From assembly GCA_016839745.1 (NCBI GenBank), contig JAEOTS010000028.1:1-61687 (forward strand): a DNA stretch of 61,687 nucleotides. Direction: 5' to 3'. Below the pieces are notes generated by a model, which was given only the letters and a program-made list of their open reading frames with translations, searched no databases and was not told the origin of the DNA. Made by a program: the position numbers and the translations under genes. This DNA is from Promethearchaeota archaeon. Lineage in GTDB: Archaea; Asgardarchaeota; Lokiarchaeia; Sigyniarchaeales; SOKP01. The first letter of the stretch is position 1. Every line of letters starts with the position of its first letter. This document shows, piece by piece, positions 40,740 through 50,605 of this stretch.

Positions 40740-41252
40740 TTATAACTTTTCATCGATTATGGAAGTCATCATTTCTATAGAAGGCCTATCGGTCTTATCT
40801 TTACCAATATAAGTCCATACGATTTTTCTATCCTTGTTTATCAGAAACTTACTTGGTACCGCTTGTTTAATGTTCAATGTTCCTCCTCCGCCAGGAGCAA
40901 ACCAGTAAACATCGTAATCTTTTGCAATTTTTGCTCCACGATCAGAGATTATATCGACAGTAAAATTATTTTCTTCCTTAAAGTTCTTTAGGAGTCTTTC
41001 GCTGTCGCTTGCGATCGATATTAACTTAATATTTCTTTTCTCAAATTCATTGATATTTTCCGTTAGTAGATATAAATGTTTCTTGCAGTGACTTCACCAA
41101 TTTCCCCGAAAAAAATCGATTAAAACTCCATTGTACTCTTTAAGTAAGTTATCTAAATTTATTTCCTTTCCGTAGATATCTTTTGTATCAAATGCAGGTG
41201 CTATAGAATTCTCTGGTAAACCGCTAGGCCTTGGCGGTTCTTCATTGTTCAT
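40740..41252 (-). CDS. Peroxiredoxin-like (AhpC/TSA) selenoprotein, 170 aa, Sec53
   Basis: APAF...LIDFFRGNW-UGA-SHC...VPSKFLINKD..IVW; TGA at 41094-41096; absent from the ORF track. Confidence 0.88.
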
Positions 41253-41375
41253 ATATTTAATAAAATAATCATAAATTTAAAGTGAATGGCTAAAAAATAT
41301 TAACATTTCAAGAAAGAACATGCTTTGATGAGATAATACTATTTTAATAAAAAAAGAAAAAGAAAAATTAAGATA

Positions 41376-42332
41376 TTAGATTAAGTGGGTCCATGGGACA
41401 TTAACTGTTATATTCAAATTAATGAGTATTGCAGCGTAAAGCGTAGCAAATGAGATTTTCAGCGCTAAAGTTGCATCTGTAGTAGCTAATCCTACGATAT
41501 AAGTTGGATCCATTACAATCGTTATGTTATTATTGGTATTATTCGTGAAGGAATGAAACGTACTAAAATAGTTATTTAATGATTCTCCTACTTTAACTCC
41601 CTCAGGAAGTTGTGGCGGATTTGAAGAAGTAACTGTATAAAATTCTGCGTCGATTAAAATATCATAAATAGCGTAGAATCCTTGGTTGTTGAGATCAAAA
41701 GTAACGGTAACATTAATAGTATCGTCACTCGGATTCATAAGTGTACCACCGTCATCCCACCCCAAGACAAATGTATCGCGAAATTGAAACCCAAGATTCA
41801 TTCCACTATATACAATGCTGCCAAGATAGCCAAATATAATAAGACTAAATATCGTGCCTACTACTTTAAAGATTGTACTAAGTTTAAATTTTACGCGATA
41901 TTCTTTACTTTTTCGTAATTCTATCGCTTCGATTAAGTATTGCATTGCTCTAACTCCAGATGAGCCTAATAACAACCAAGCAAATATTTGCAAACCTAAA
42001 AGTACCTGAATAGTAGGTAAACTTATTGAATATGTTCCTAGTGATACTCCTGCTGTAAAACCCCCGAAAAGATAGAACATATATATACCGGAGTATATTG
42101 TAGAGCCAAATGCTATAAGGCGATTTGCTGAGGTATCTTTAGGATAAGCATGCCGTGCCATGGCAAAAACGGTACCGATAATTCCAATAATGATTATGGA
42201 TGTTTTGAATTCTTGGGTAAATGTCATTAGTCCCATTATTGAGACTACTTCAAAGAGAATTAACGGTAAAGCAATGTACATTATCGCATTGAGAATCCCA
42301 TGAAAGATCATTTTAGTTATTTGAATAGCCAT
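41376..42332 (-). CDS. Hypothetical membrane protein with extracellular C-terminal domain
   Basis: Five TM segments then a beta-rich domain with several N-x-S/T sequons. Confidence 0.75.
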   Translation of the reverse strand: MAIQITKMIFHGILNAIMYIALPLILFEVVSIMGLMTFTQEFKTSIIIIGIIGTVFAMARHAYPKDTSANRLIAFGSTIYSGIYMFYLFGGFTAGVSLGTYSISLPTIQVLLGLQIFAWLLLGSSGVRAMQYLIEAIELRKSKEYRVKFKLSTIFKVVGTIFSLIIFGYLGSIVYSGMNLGFQFRDTFVLGWDDGGTLMNPSDDTINVTVTFDLNNQGFYAIYDILIDAEFYTVTSSNPPQLPEGVKVGESLNNYFSTFHSFTNNTNNNITIVMDPTYIVGLATTDATLALKISFATLYAAILINLNITVNVPWTHLI

Positions 42333-42642
42333 AAATTTCGACCTGTTTTTAATAGTAAAAATTGTTATGATAAATTTACTTTAAAGATTTCATAACATTT
42401 CTACTACTTAAATTTCTCTTATTGTAATTATTATACCATTTTTCATTAATAAAATGCAGTTTGTTATTTTAATAGTATAATAAGGGAATGATTTTCCGTT
42501 ATGTAATCTCATTTCTTCTTTTGATCAGATCACATGTCCTTTTAGTGATTTTTTATGTTTATCTTCTCGATTTTTAGAGATCTATATATTCTAAATCTGA
42601 ATATTTATAAAATTAGAACTAAAAAAAAATAATTGATTGATA

Positions 42643-43611
42643 ATGGAAGTATTACTTACGGGAGCTTTTGGAAACATAGGAGAAAGCACGATAATGGCGC
42701 TTTTAGAACGAAATCACAAGATACTGTGTTTTGATTTAAAAACAAAAGAAAACAAGAGAGTGAGAAAAAGACTATTGAAACTTGGAAATTTTGAAACGGT
42801 TTGGGGAGATATCTTAAATAAAAACCCATTAATAGAAATTGTAAAGGGGAGGGAATGCATTATTCATCTAGCAGCAATTATTCCACCTACAAGTGAAAAG
42901 TTTCCTGATCTTTCACGCAGAGTTAATATTGAAGGAACGCGAAATATTGTAGATGCTGCTTTGAAAATGGAAAAAAGACCTAAATTCATATTTATAAGCT
43001 CGATTTCGGCACACGGACCTCGAATGCACGAGCCTCCTCCTCGAAAAGCTAACGGAAAACTGAATCCTACGGATAATTACACTCATTCTAAGGTTGAGGG
43101 TGAGGCAATGGTAAAAGAGAGCGATCTACTCTGGACAATATTAAGGTTGGCAGTGGCTCTTCCGTTAAAAATAAGCTTAGATATTGACGCTTATGTATTC
43201 AACATACCCTTGGATCAAAGGTTTGAGTTTGTACATACTAGAGATGTAGGAGTGGCGATCGCAAATTCTGTAACGACCAACACAGATAACAAGGTGTTAT
43301 TAATTGGGGGAGGAAAAGAGTGCCAGATGTTAAGTCGTGAATATTTAACAAAGATATTTGAAGCCATTGGCATAGGCATGCTTCCAGAGTCTGCATTTAA
43401 AGTGCCTAAAAACAACCTGGATTGGTACTATACTGATTGGATGGATACAAGCGAGGCACAAGAGTTACTACAATTCCAAAACTTAACTTTCGAAGATTAT
43501 ATTGAAGATTTTAAAAAAAACCTTGGTATCATGGGTAAGTTGGCAAAAATGTTTAGATCTTACACTCGAAAAATCCTATTAAAAAATTCACCATATTACA
43601 ACAATTCATAA
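42643..43611 (+). CDS. NAD-dependent epimerase/dehydratase (extended SDR)
   Basis: TGAFGNIG, IHLAA, YTHSK. Confidence 0.88.
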   Translation: MEVLLTGAFGNIGESTIMALLERNHKILCFDLKTKENKRVRKRLLKLGNFETVWGDILNKNPLIEIVKGRECIIHLAAIIPPTSEKFPDLSRRVNIEGTRNIVDAALKMEKRPKFIFISSISAHGPRMHEPPPRKANGKLNPTDNYTHSKVEGEAMVKESDLLWTILRLAVALPLKISLDIDAYVFNIPLDQRFEFVHTRDVGVAIANSVTTNTDNKVLLIGGGKECQMLSREYLTKIFEAIGIGMLPESAFKVPKNNLDWYYTDWMDTSEAQELLQFQNLTFEDYIEDFKKNLGIMGKLAKMFRSYTRKILLKNSPYYNNS

Positions 43612-43616
43612 TAAGT

Positions 43617-43638
43617 TCGTGAAAGCTGAGTTTCACGA
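43617..43638. terminator. Hairpin between convergent genes
   Basis: TCGTGAAA-GCTGAG-TTTCACGA perfect 8-bp stem just after the stop. Confidence 0.4.
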
Positions 43639-43699
43639 TTAAATATATGCTCTAACATATTATCTTCATATTATTGAGATATCATGAAAAATATCTATA

Positions 43700-43900
43700 C
43701 TATTTTTTAATTAATAAAATTGCTGCTATGATGATTGGAATAAAAAAAGGGAGTGTCACCGTAAATGCTAAAATCATATATGAAATGTCATTTTGGGCTT
43801 GAGCTACTCCTAAAGCATCTAATAATACAGTTAGATAAAATAAAATAAGCACAATTATCGGGATAAACCTAATTTTCTTTCTATTATTATTTTTTTCCAT
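43700..43900 (-). CDS. Small 2-TM protein
   Basis: AAGTGA RBS before ATG; two hydrophobic segments. Confidence 0.55.
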   Translation of the reverse strand: MEKNNNRKKIRFIPIIVLILFYLTVLLDALGVAQAQNDISYMILAFTVTLPFFIPIIIAAILLIKK

Positions 43901-43919
43901 TTTAAATCACTTTATTTTG

Positions 43920-44789
43920 TTATGCTAAACCGATTGGTATTAAATTTATTCCTTTAAGAAGAAGATCAATAGTAAGCTGTGAGACAAATATAAATCCAAT
44001 ACATATGGCTAAAGTAATTGGAATTAGATAGAAAAATATTCCAGCAGATTTTTTAATCCCTTTCTCTTCAATTTTTTTATTGCGAAAAACAAATCCATAC
44101 AAGATTGCAAATAATGCTATAACCATACACCATCCAAAGAAGTTTGAAAATGGTATCGAAAAGATTGAAAACCTATCGCTAATATCGGTTAACCAAACCC
44201 ATAAACCAAGTGAATCAGAAAAAACTGAACTAGAACCTCGATTTATCATTACAGGATCGATAAACATATCAAGAGAAGTCGCCATTATTCCTGCAATTAT
44301 TGCGTGAAATATGTAATTTCGATTACGAAAGACTATTTGGGCAACATTTACACAAGACCATGCCAATATATACCACCCTAGACAAGTATAAAGAGGTATT
44401 TCTAAAAACCATAACCCCCCTCTAGTAAAATAATAAGATTCTTGAGGAAATACACCAAACCTACCAGTTAAAATCCAAAAACATTCTTGGAGTCCCGTGA
44501 ATATTATTGAACCATATAAAAAGCAAGTACTCTTAATCAAACCCACAGTTTTAAGGCTATGATAAAAAACTAGTGCCGAAAGTGATAAGGTCATCACATC
44601 TGCTATAATTAATTCAAATAGAATATTATTGGAAGAGTAAGGACCGCGAGTATTGGGAACATTCAATACATCAGGAAATATGTGGTGTAATATTGTTGTA
44701 AAGATTATAAAAATAACCATTAATATCGTTGTAAATGTAAAAAATTTATGCTTGTATTCCAATTTAGTAGCAACTCGGTTGGATTTCAT
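43920..44789 (-). CDS. CruF/DUF422-like (carotenoid hydratase family) membrane protein
   Basis: E..G...Y.F, IPLY..LGW, DMFIDP, IPFSNFFGW. Confidence 0.72.
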   Translation of the reverse strand: MKSNRVATKLEYKHKFFTFTTILMVIFIIFTTILHHIFPDVLNVPNTRGPYSSNNILFELIIADVMTLSLSALVFYHSLKTVGLIKSTCFLYGSIIFTGLQECFWILTGRFGVFPQESYYFTRGGLWFLEIPLYTCLGWYILAWSCVNVAQIVFRNRNYIFHAIIAGIMATSLDMFIDPVMINRGSSSVFSDSLGLWVWLTDISDRFSIFSIPFSNFFGWCMVIALFAILYGFVFRNKKIEEKGIKKSAGIFFYLIPITLAICIGFIFVSQLTIDLLLKGINLIPIGLA

Positions 44790-44860
44790 TAATTCGATAT
44801 ATTATAATTATATTCAACTTATATTTAAATAATTAATTAGAGCGGGATAGATTATTTATT

Positions 44861-45067
44861 TTATTCTTCTGAGAGCTGGTTTTTTCCCTTCAGAAATGGT
44901 TTTACAAATGCCCATCGCCATAAGATAAATATAAGTGAGAAAACGATTGCTGAAAGAAGAGGGAGTATTTGGGGAGGGAAATATTTTAGGATTAATCACC
45001 CAAGTATAGGTGTTACTATCTGAGCGATACTATGAAGCGAATTATTTACACCTAATAAACTCCCAGT
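44861..45067 (-). pseudogene. 3' remnant of MFS transporter paralogue
   Basis: TGSLLGVNNSLHSIAQIVTPILG*LILKY...LWRWAFVKPF matches C-termini of the MFS genes at 49-52 kb; TGA replaces Gly at 44996-44998; no 5' part. Confidence 0.82.
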
Positions 45068-45233
45068 TTATTAGTATAGTCTCATATTATTGTTTATCAT
45101 TCGTTAATAAATTATTAAATTGGATTTAAAAATGCTTTCTTTTCTTGGATGGCTAAACGGACTATTAGCAATTGGAATTTTAGCTTTTGTATATCTCCTC
45201 AAAACTTTTTAAAAATGATCATTTTAGAAATAC

Positions 45234-48110
45234 ATGAGGAAATTATTTTACAAACTTGGAAAAACTTCGAGAACTTTAATAATAATTATATCACTTATAA
45301 TAATCCCTTTTATAATTTCAAGTTTTAACCTTGAATCATGCATTAGGAATGGAAAGGAAGGCAAGTACCCAGAGACCAGCGAACCTGAGCCGGTCTTATT
45401 TTTTGAGCCTCCCACGCCCGCCAATAATACTAATTTAATAAATAAAAATTGGGCCGGAATAAATGTCTCGATTTCAGAAGAAAATCTTTCTACATTTAGA
45501 TTCGGTTGGAATGAAGAAGACTATGATATTTATGGAGATAATTTAGTGCTTGGCATGAATTTAGATGAAAATACTAATTTAGGTGAGAATTCTACATTTG
45601 CACATGATTTTTCAAAAAACCAAAATCATGGAACACTACTTAGTGGCGCACAGTGGAGCACGGGTAAATATGGAAAGGGTCTTAGCTTTGATGGATCGGA
45701 CGCTTACATGGATTGTGGGACGAAGGATAGTTTCATATCCACACGGGGAACGATTCAGTTTTGGTTTAAAGCTACTACGTTTTATGAGCGCTTAGATATA
45801 ATTAATATTTATGAAAATGATTATCAGGATTTCTTACTTATATGTAGAACTGTGGAAAATAGAATTTGTTTACGCATCGAAGATGATGATATTGGAGTTA
45901 CTGAAGTTAAAACTATTAGAACAATTAGCGACACAGATTTTCATCATGTCATAGTTACTCAAGACGGATCTGGTATTAGGATTTTTATCGATGGTAAAGT
46001 GGAAGAACTTGAAATATATGCAAATTCGGGATACTGGACCAATCATCTAACCTCCGCACGTTGTTGGATTGGTAAGGGTCATTGGACTCATTTTAAAGGC
46101 ATGATCGATGAGGTAATGATTTATTCAGAGGCTATTGAGTTTTTAAATAGCATAGATGAAAAGAATTATGATGGCTATGGAGCGGATGTAAATCCTACAG
46201 GAAATCCAATTGGTGGAGGAACTGGTTATAAAGATATTATAAATTCAGCTGATGCTGATCATTTTGTAACAAATAAAGCAGAATTACTTGCAGCCTTAGC
46301 AATTGCGACCTCTGGAGAAATAGTATATATAGATGATAGTGCAGAAATTAACATGACAGGCACGGAAGATACTGTCATACCTGTGGGTGTCACTTTAGCT
46401 AGCGGGCGTGGTAATAGTGGTTCAGAGGGCGCCTTACTTCACTATGATACGAAGAACTTATGGGCGCCTTACTTCACTTATGGGTATTGTCAACCATCAG
46501 ATAATGTCCGAATTACAGGGCTTCGTATACAAGGTCCACATAATGGAACCGATGAATCAGACGACTCATGTGCTATTTATACCCATGATGTCTCTAATGT
46601 TGAGATTGATAACTGTGAATTATATGCTTGGGGTTATACTCCCGCTTATTTCTTGAGAACATCAGGAGGTCATGTTCATCACAATTATATACATCATAAT
46701 CAGCGTTCAGGATTAGGTTACGGAGTTATCATGGGTCAGGATGCTTATACTCTAATTGAAGCAAATCTTATGGATTTTTGCCGCCATCATATTGCAGGTT
46801 CAGGAAATCCTGGCTGCGGTTATGAAGCACGTTATAATGTCGTGCTTGAAAACGATGGAGAGAGTCATTGTTTTGACATGCATGGTGCCCGTGATTTTGA
46901 GAAGAGATACCGCGTGTCTCATTGGCGTTTTGATGAAGGAAGCGGGCCCAGCGCAGCAGATAGTGCGATAAGTATATACAATAATGCAAATGATGGAACG
47001 CTCACAAATATGGATGCTGACACTTGCTGGGTCAATGGAAAGATTAAAAATGGACTTCGATTTGATGGAATAAATGATCATGTTAATTGTAATGATGACA
47101 CAACATTAGGTATTACAGCGGAAATAACAATTGAAGCATGGATAAAAACTAGCGTGAATCCGGAAGATAACAATCAAGTTATTCTTAGCAAGGGTACCTT
47201 TTCAAGCTCGCAAGCCTACTCCTTGTATTTAAATGGCGATGATGATAAAATCTATTTCTGCATCGATGATGGCGTGAATGTTTCCTGGGCAATGCCCGCG
47301 GGGCTTCAGGATAATTGGCATCATGTATTGGGAACGTTTGATGGAAATAAAATAAGATTATATTATGACGGGGTACAAAAAGCTAGCAAAGAACACGCGG
47401 GCAGTATTGGCACGAATTCACGGGATCTATGCATCGGCGCAACATCAAGCGGGACGTTACCTTTCAATGGAATCATCGATGAGGTTCTTGTTTATGACAG
47501 GGCTTTAGATAATGACACGATTTACCTCCATCATGAAGGTTTTACGGATATAGCAGGAGATTCAATAAAAATTCATCATAACACCTTTAAAGTAAACACT
47601 GAAAAATCTGTTCAAATTAGAGGAATATCTCATTATACAAGTGAGATATATAGGAATGTATTTTATCACGATAATCCTGAACAGGCTGTAGCACAAACAA
47701 ATGCTTTCGGGAACTTGGATATTTACGACAACTATTATTTTAGACAAAGAAATCATCTTAAAGACATTAGGTTCAAGAAACATGACTCAACTCGATGGGG
47801 TTTTTTCTTTAATGCAACAGATCTTTCAGCAGGTATTTATACTTACTATGGATGGGCAAATGATACGGATGGAAACGAGGGTTATACTCATGGTAGTATT
47901 GATGGATATTGCTATGACTCAGTAAATCCTCGATATCTTATCATTGTTTCAGAGGAAATCCCCGATTCAAAGGATTTACAAATCATTCTCCTCATAATAA
48001 TAAGCATTGCATTTATTGGAATAATTGCATCTATTAAGAAGATGAAAACAACTAAAAAATTAGAAAAAGTCCGCGTGAAAAAAAATAAAAAAGCAAATCA
48101 AGAAATTTAA
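45234..48110 (+). CDS. Membrane-anchored protein with two LamG-like domains and a right-handed beta-helix
   Basis: GKYGKGLSFDG..FKGMIDEV and GLRFDG..FNGIIDEV; VHHNYIHHN..GLGYG, HCFDMHG; N- and C-terminal TM. Confidence 0.85.
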   Translation: MRKLFYKLGKTSRTLIIIISLIIIPFIISSFNLESCIRNGKEGKYPETSEPEPVLFFEPPTPANNTNLINKNWAGINVSISEENLSTFRFGWNEEDYDIYGDNLVLGMNLDENTNLGENSTFAHDFSKNQNHGTLLSGAQWSTGKYGKGLSFDGSDAYMDCGTKDSFISTRGTIQFWFKATTFYERLDIINIYENDYQDFLLICRTVENRICLRIEDDDIGVTEVKTIRTISDTDFHHVIVTQDGSGIRIFIDGKVEELEIYANSGYWTNHLTSARCWIGKGHWTHFKGMIDEVMIYSEAIEFLNSIDEKNYDGYGADVNPTGNPIGGGTGYKDIINSADADHFVTNKAELLAALAIATSGEIVYIDDSAEINMTGTEDTVIPVGVTLASGRGNSGSEGALLHYDTKNLWAPYFTYGYCQPSDNVRITGLRIQGPHNGTDESDDSCAIYTHDVSNVEIDNCELYAWGYTPAYFLRTSGGHVHHNYIHHNQRSGLGYGVIMGQDAYTLIEANLMDFCRHHIAGSGNPGCGYEARYNVVLENDGESHCFDMHGARDFEKRYRVSHWRFDEGSGPSAADSAISIYNNANDGTLTNMDADTCWVNGKIKNGLRFDGINDHVNCNDDTTLGITAEITIEAWIKTSVNPEDNNQVILSKGTFSSSQAYSLYLNGDDDKIYFCIDDGVNVSWAMPAGLQDNWHHVLGTFDGNKIRLYYDGVQKASKEHAGSIGTNSRDLCIGATSSGTLPFNGIIDEVLVYDRALDNDTIYLHHEGFTDIAGDSIKIHHNTFKVNTEKSVQIRGISHYTSEIYRNVFYHDNPEQAVAQTNAFGNLDIYDNYYFRQRNHLKDIRFKKHDSTRWGFFFNATDLSAGIYTYYGWANDTDGNEGYTHGSIDGYCYDSVNPRYLIIVSEEIPDSKDLQIILLIIISIAFIGIIASIKKMKTTKKLEKVRVKKNKKANQEI

Positions 48111-48158
48111 TAGTCTAATTAAAAAGTGTCGTGAATTAAATCAATAATAATAATTCAA

Positions 48159-48290
48159 TTAAAAATTAGAATCTAGTCCCTTTGACTCTTTTGGTTGCTG
48201 TTTTTCACTTTGAAAAGGCTTAACAAATGCCCATTGCCATAAGATACATATAAGCGAGAATACGATTGCTGACAAGAGAGGGAGTATTTG
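48159..48290 (-). pseudogene. Second 3' remnant of MFS transporter paralogue
   Basis: QILPLLSAIVFSLICILWQWAFVKPFQ matches the last TM of the 50606-51841 protein; upstream is AT-rich non-coding sequence. Confidence 0.75.
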
Positions 48291-48447
48291 CCCTCCCTCA
48301 TTATATATAATATATATATTATATAATATATCCTTATTTTTTTTTTGTATAGTATAATTCATTATTACATCACTTCTAGGCTTAATACATTAGAAATTCA
48401 TAGGAAGTTATAAAAGGGAGTAAATACATTATATCTATAAGAATAAC

Positions 48448-48606
48448 ATGACCGTGAAGAAAAAAACCCGATCTCCGATCTATGTAACTCTTTCAGATAT
48501 AGAAAGGGCGTATAAAAAAGTAGAAGAATTTCAACGCTTAATTGAGCGAGGAAAAACCAAAGAACAGATCTTTAAAGATTTACTCAAGTTGATTCAAGTT
48601 GAATAG
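48448..48606 (+). CDS. 52-aa basic helical protein (putative antitoxin/partner)
   Basis: MTVKKKTRSPIYVTLSDIERAYKKVEEFQRLIERGKTKEQIFKDLLKLIQVE; stop overlaps the next start. Confidence 0.6.
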   Translation: MTVKKKTRSPIYVTLSDIERAYKKVEEFQRLIERGKTKEQIFKDLLKLIQVE

Positions 48607-49195
48607 TGATCTTCTTCAAATAATTTTAAAAACAGCAGCTTCTTGCAACATACCTACCGTAATTATAGGGGGTTTGGCACTTCCAGCTTATAATATAGCG
48701 AGATCAACCTTAGATCTCGATATTTGTATCTATATTAAAAATCAAGAGGAATTAGATGAATTCATTAACATATTAAAAAAAAAAGAGATTTCAACTATTC
48801 AAACACCTAAAATAAATCACAATTTGTTTACTGTATTCGGAAAGGGTGGAGAAGCAGAAATCTGGCTACAACCTTGTGACATATTTCATTGGGATGAAAA
48901 AATGGTAAGTAGTATCCAAAATTTCTATTCTAATGTTTATGTGTTAGCCGTTGAGGATTTTATCTTAACAAAACTAGGGAGATCTGATCGTAGTTCAACA
49001 GATATAAACGATATCTTACAAATTTTAATAGCTAATACGAATACAATAGATTGGGAATATCTTATTTATCGATTAAAATGGGTTGATTTAGAAAAAGAAT
49101 TCAGCGAGGTTTTAAAAGGATTTAAATCAGATTTTACCAATAACATGCGAAATATCTCAAAAGACATTTGGGAGAAGTTTAAAAATAAAGCTTAA
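48599..49195 (+). CDS. Nucleotidyltransferase-superfamily protein (AbiEii/DUF6036-like)
   Basis: IIGGLAL..Y...RSTLDLD; EDFILTKL..R..D..DI. Confidence 0.78.
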   Translation: MNSDLLQIILKTAASCNIPTVIIGGLALPAYNIARSTLDLDICIYIKNQEELDEFINILKKKEISTIQTPKINHNLFTVFGKGGEAEIWLQPCDIFHWDEKMVSSIQNFYSNVYVLAVEDFILTKLGRSDRSSTDINDILQILIANTNTIDWEYLIYRLKWVDLEKEFSEVLKGFKSDFTNNMRNISKDIWEKFKNKA

Positions 49196-49220
49196 ATAAT
49201 TTAAAGGTAAAAAAGTGAAT

Positions 49221-50474
49221 CTATTCTAAATTAATAACTTGTTCTTTCGTCTCTATTAATTGCTCTTTATCTTCTTTGCCAGACTTAATAATCAACCATC
49301 TCCATAGGGCAATTATAAGGACAAAAATTATTGCTGAAATGGTTGGAAGTGTTTGTGCGGGTAGAAATTGTAAGATCAATCCACCGAGAATTGGTGATAT
49401 TATTTGACCAATACTGGTTAACGAGTTATTAACACCTAATAAGCTACCAGTTTCCTCCTTTTTAACAGCTTTAGTCAATTTGCTTGTAAGAATAGGACGA
49501 ACAACTCCAGTTCCAAATGCTAAAAAGAAAAAAGGAATATAGGCTATCCAATAGCTAGTAGAAAAAATAAAAAACACCATCGCAAAAATCATCGCAAAAA
49601 CACCTATTCCTAAAGTTTTGTTTTCACTTACTTTTTTCAATAAAGGATTGATGAGAACACTTTGGAAAATGACCCTAAGCACGCCAAGCCAAGCCATATA
49701 AAATGCAACTTCTTGCGGAGTAGCGTGAATTTGTTTTTCAGCAAATAAGGCAGATGTATGAATAAAGAGAAAAAAACCGAAATTATAGATGAAAAAAACA
49801 AAAATTACTCCCCGAATCTTAGCAGATTTAAAGAAATGTTTGGCTTCTTTGATGGGAATTATATCTCCAAACTTAAAGGCCAATTTATCTTCTTTTTTAT
49901 TTAGTGATTCGGGTAAGAATATTATTACTAATATTATAGAAAGAAGGCTAATTCCCGCAGCAAAAAAAAAAGGAGCTGAAAAGTTAATTGATAATAATAA
50001 CCCTCCAATCACTGGTCCAAAAATTAATCCAGCACCAAAAACCGCGCTTGAATAACCATAAACTTTAGTTCGAGACTTGGGATCTGTCATATCGCTAATA
50101 ACCGCTTGACTAACTGTCATATTACTCCCTAATAGTCCGTCTACAAGACGAGCTGCTATCAATATCCAGACATTAGAAGCCATTCCAAGAAGTAAAAATC
50201 CTATCAAAGTACTCGTTTGACTGAATAGAAGTAATGGTTTTCTTCCGAACCTATCGCTTAGTTTACCGGTAATTGGACTAGCGAAAAGTTGACATAAGCT
50301 AAAAATACTAAGAACTAGTCCAACTTGAAATGCGTTTAAACCTAAAGATAACCCTAAAAATGGAATGATTGGCATCACACTGCTAAATCCTAAGACTTCC
50401 GTAAATTGAATCAGAAAAACGATTAATAGGCGTTTATCAAATTTTATTTCTTGAGCTGTCAGTTTCGAACTAAT
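49221..50474 (-). CDS. MFS transporter (DHA1/TetA-like), probable ATT start
   Basis: GKLSDRFGRKP, GLIFGP; frame extends 32 codons upstream of GTG 50378 to include TM1. Confidence 0.88.
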   Translation of the reverse strand: MSSKLTAQEIKFDKRLLIVFLIQFTEVLGFSSVMPIIPFLGLSLGLNAFQVGLVLSIFSLCQLFASPITGKLSDRFGRKPLLLFSQTSTLIGFLLLGMASNVWILIAARLVDGLLGSNMTVSQAVISDMTDPKSRTKVYGYSSAVFGAGLIFGPVIGGLLLSINFSAPFFFAAGISLLSIILVIIFLPESLNKKEDKLAFKFGDIIPIKEAKHFFKSAKIRGVIFVFFIYNFGFFLFIHTSALFAEKQIHATPQEVAFYMAWLGVLRVIFQSVLINPLLKKVSENKTLGIGVFAMIFAMVFFIFSTSYWIAYIPFFFLAFGTGVVRPILTSKLTKAVKKEETGSLLGVNNSLTSIGQIISPILGGLILQFLPAQTLPTISAIIFVLIIALWRWLIIKSGKEDKEQLIETKEQVINLE

Positions 50475-50605
50475 GAATCTTCACTTTATCAAATGCTAAT
50501 TGTTAAATATACCTTTCATTTAAGAGAGATGAAAATCATATAAGCTTTATTTCTATATATTATAAAACTTATGTCTAAAATAAAAAGTATCACGATTAAA
50601 TAAAT

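Noticed and set aside
44996-44998. In-frame TGA in the MFS remnant as possible Sec
   Set aside because: It aligns to Gly in the intact paralogues, the fragment lacks its 5' part and no SECIS-like hairpin was seen; a nonsense mutation.
48159-48362. 67-aa ORF as an intact gene
   Set aside because: Chimera of AT-rich non-coding sequence and an MFS C-terminal remnant.
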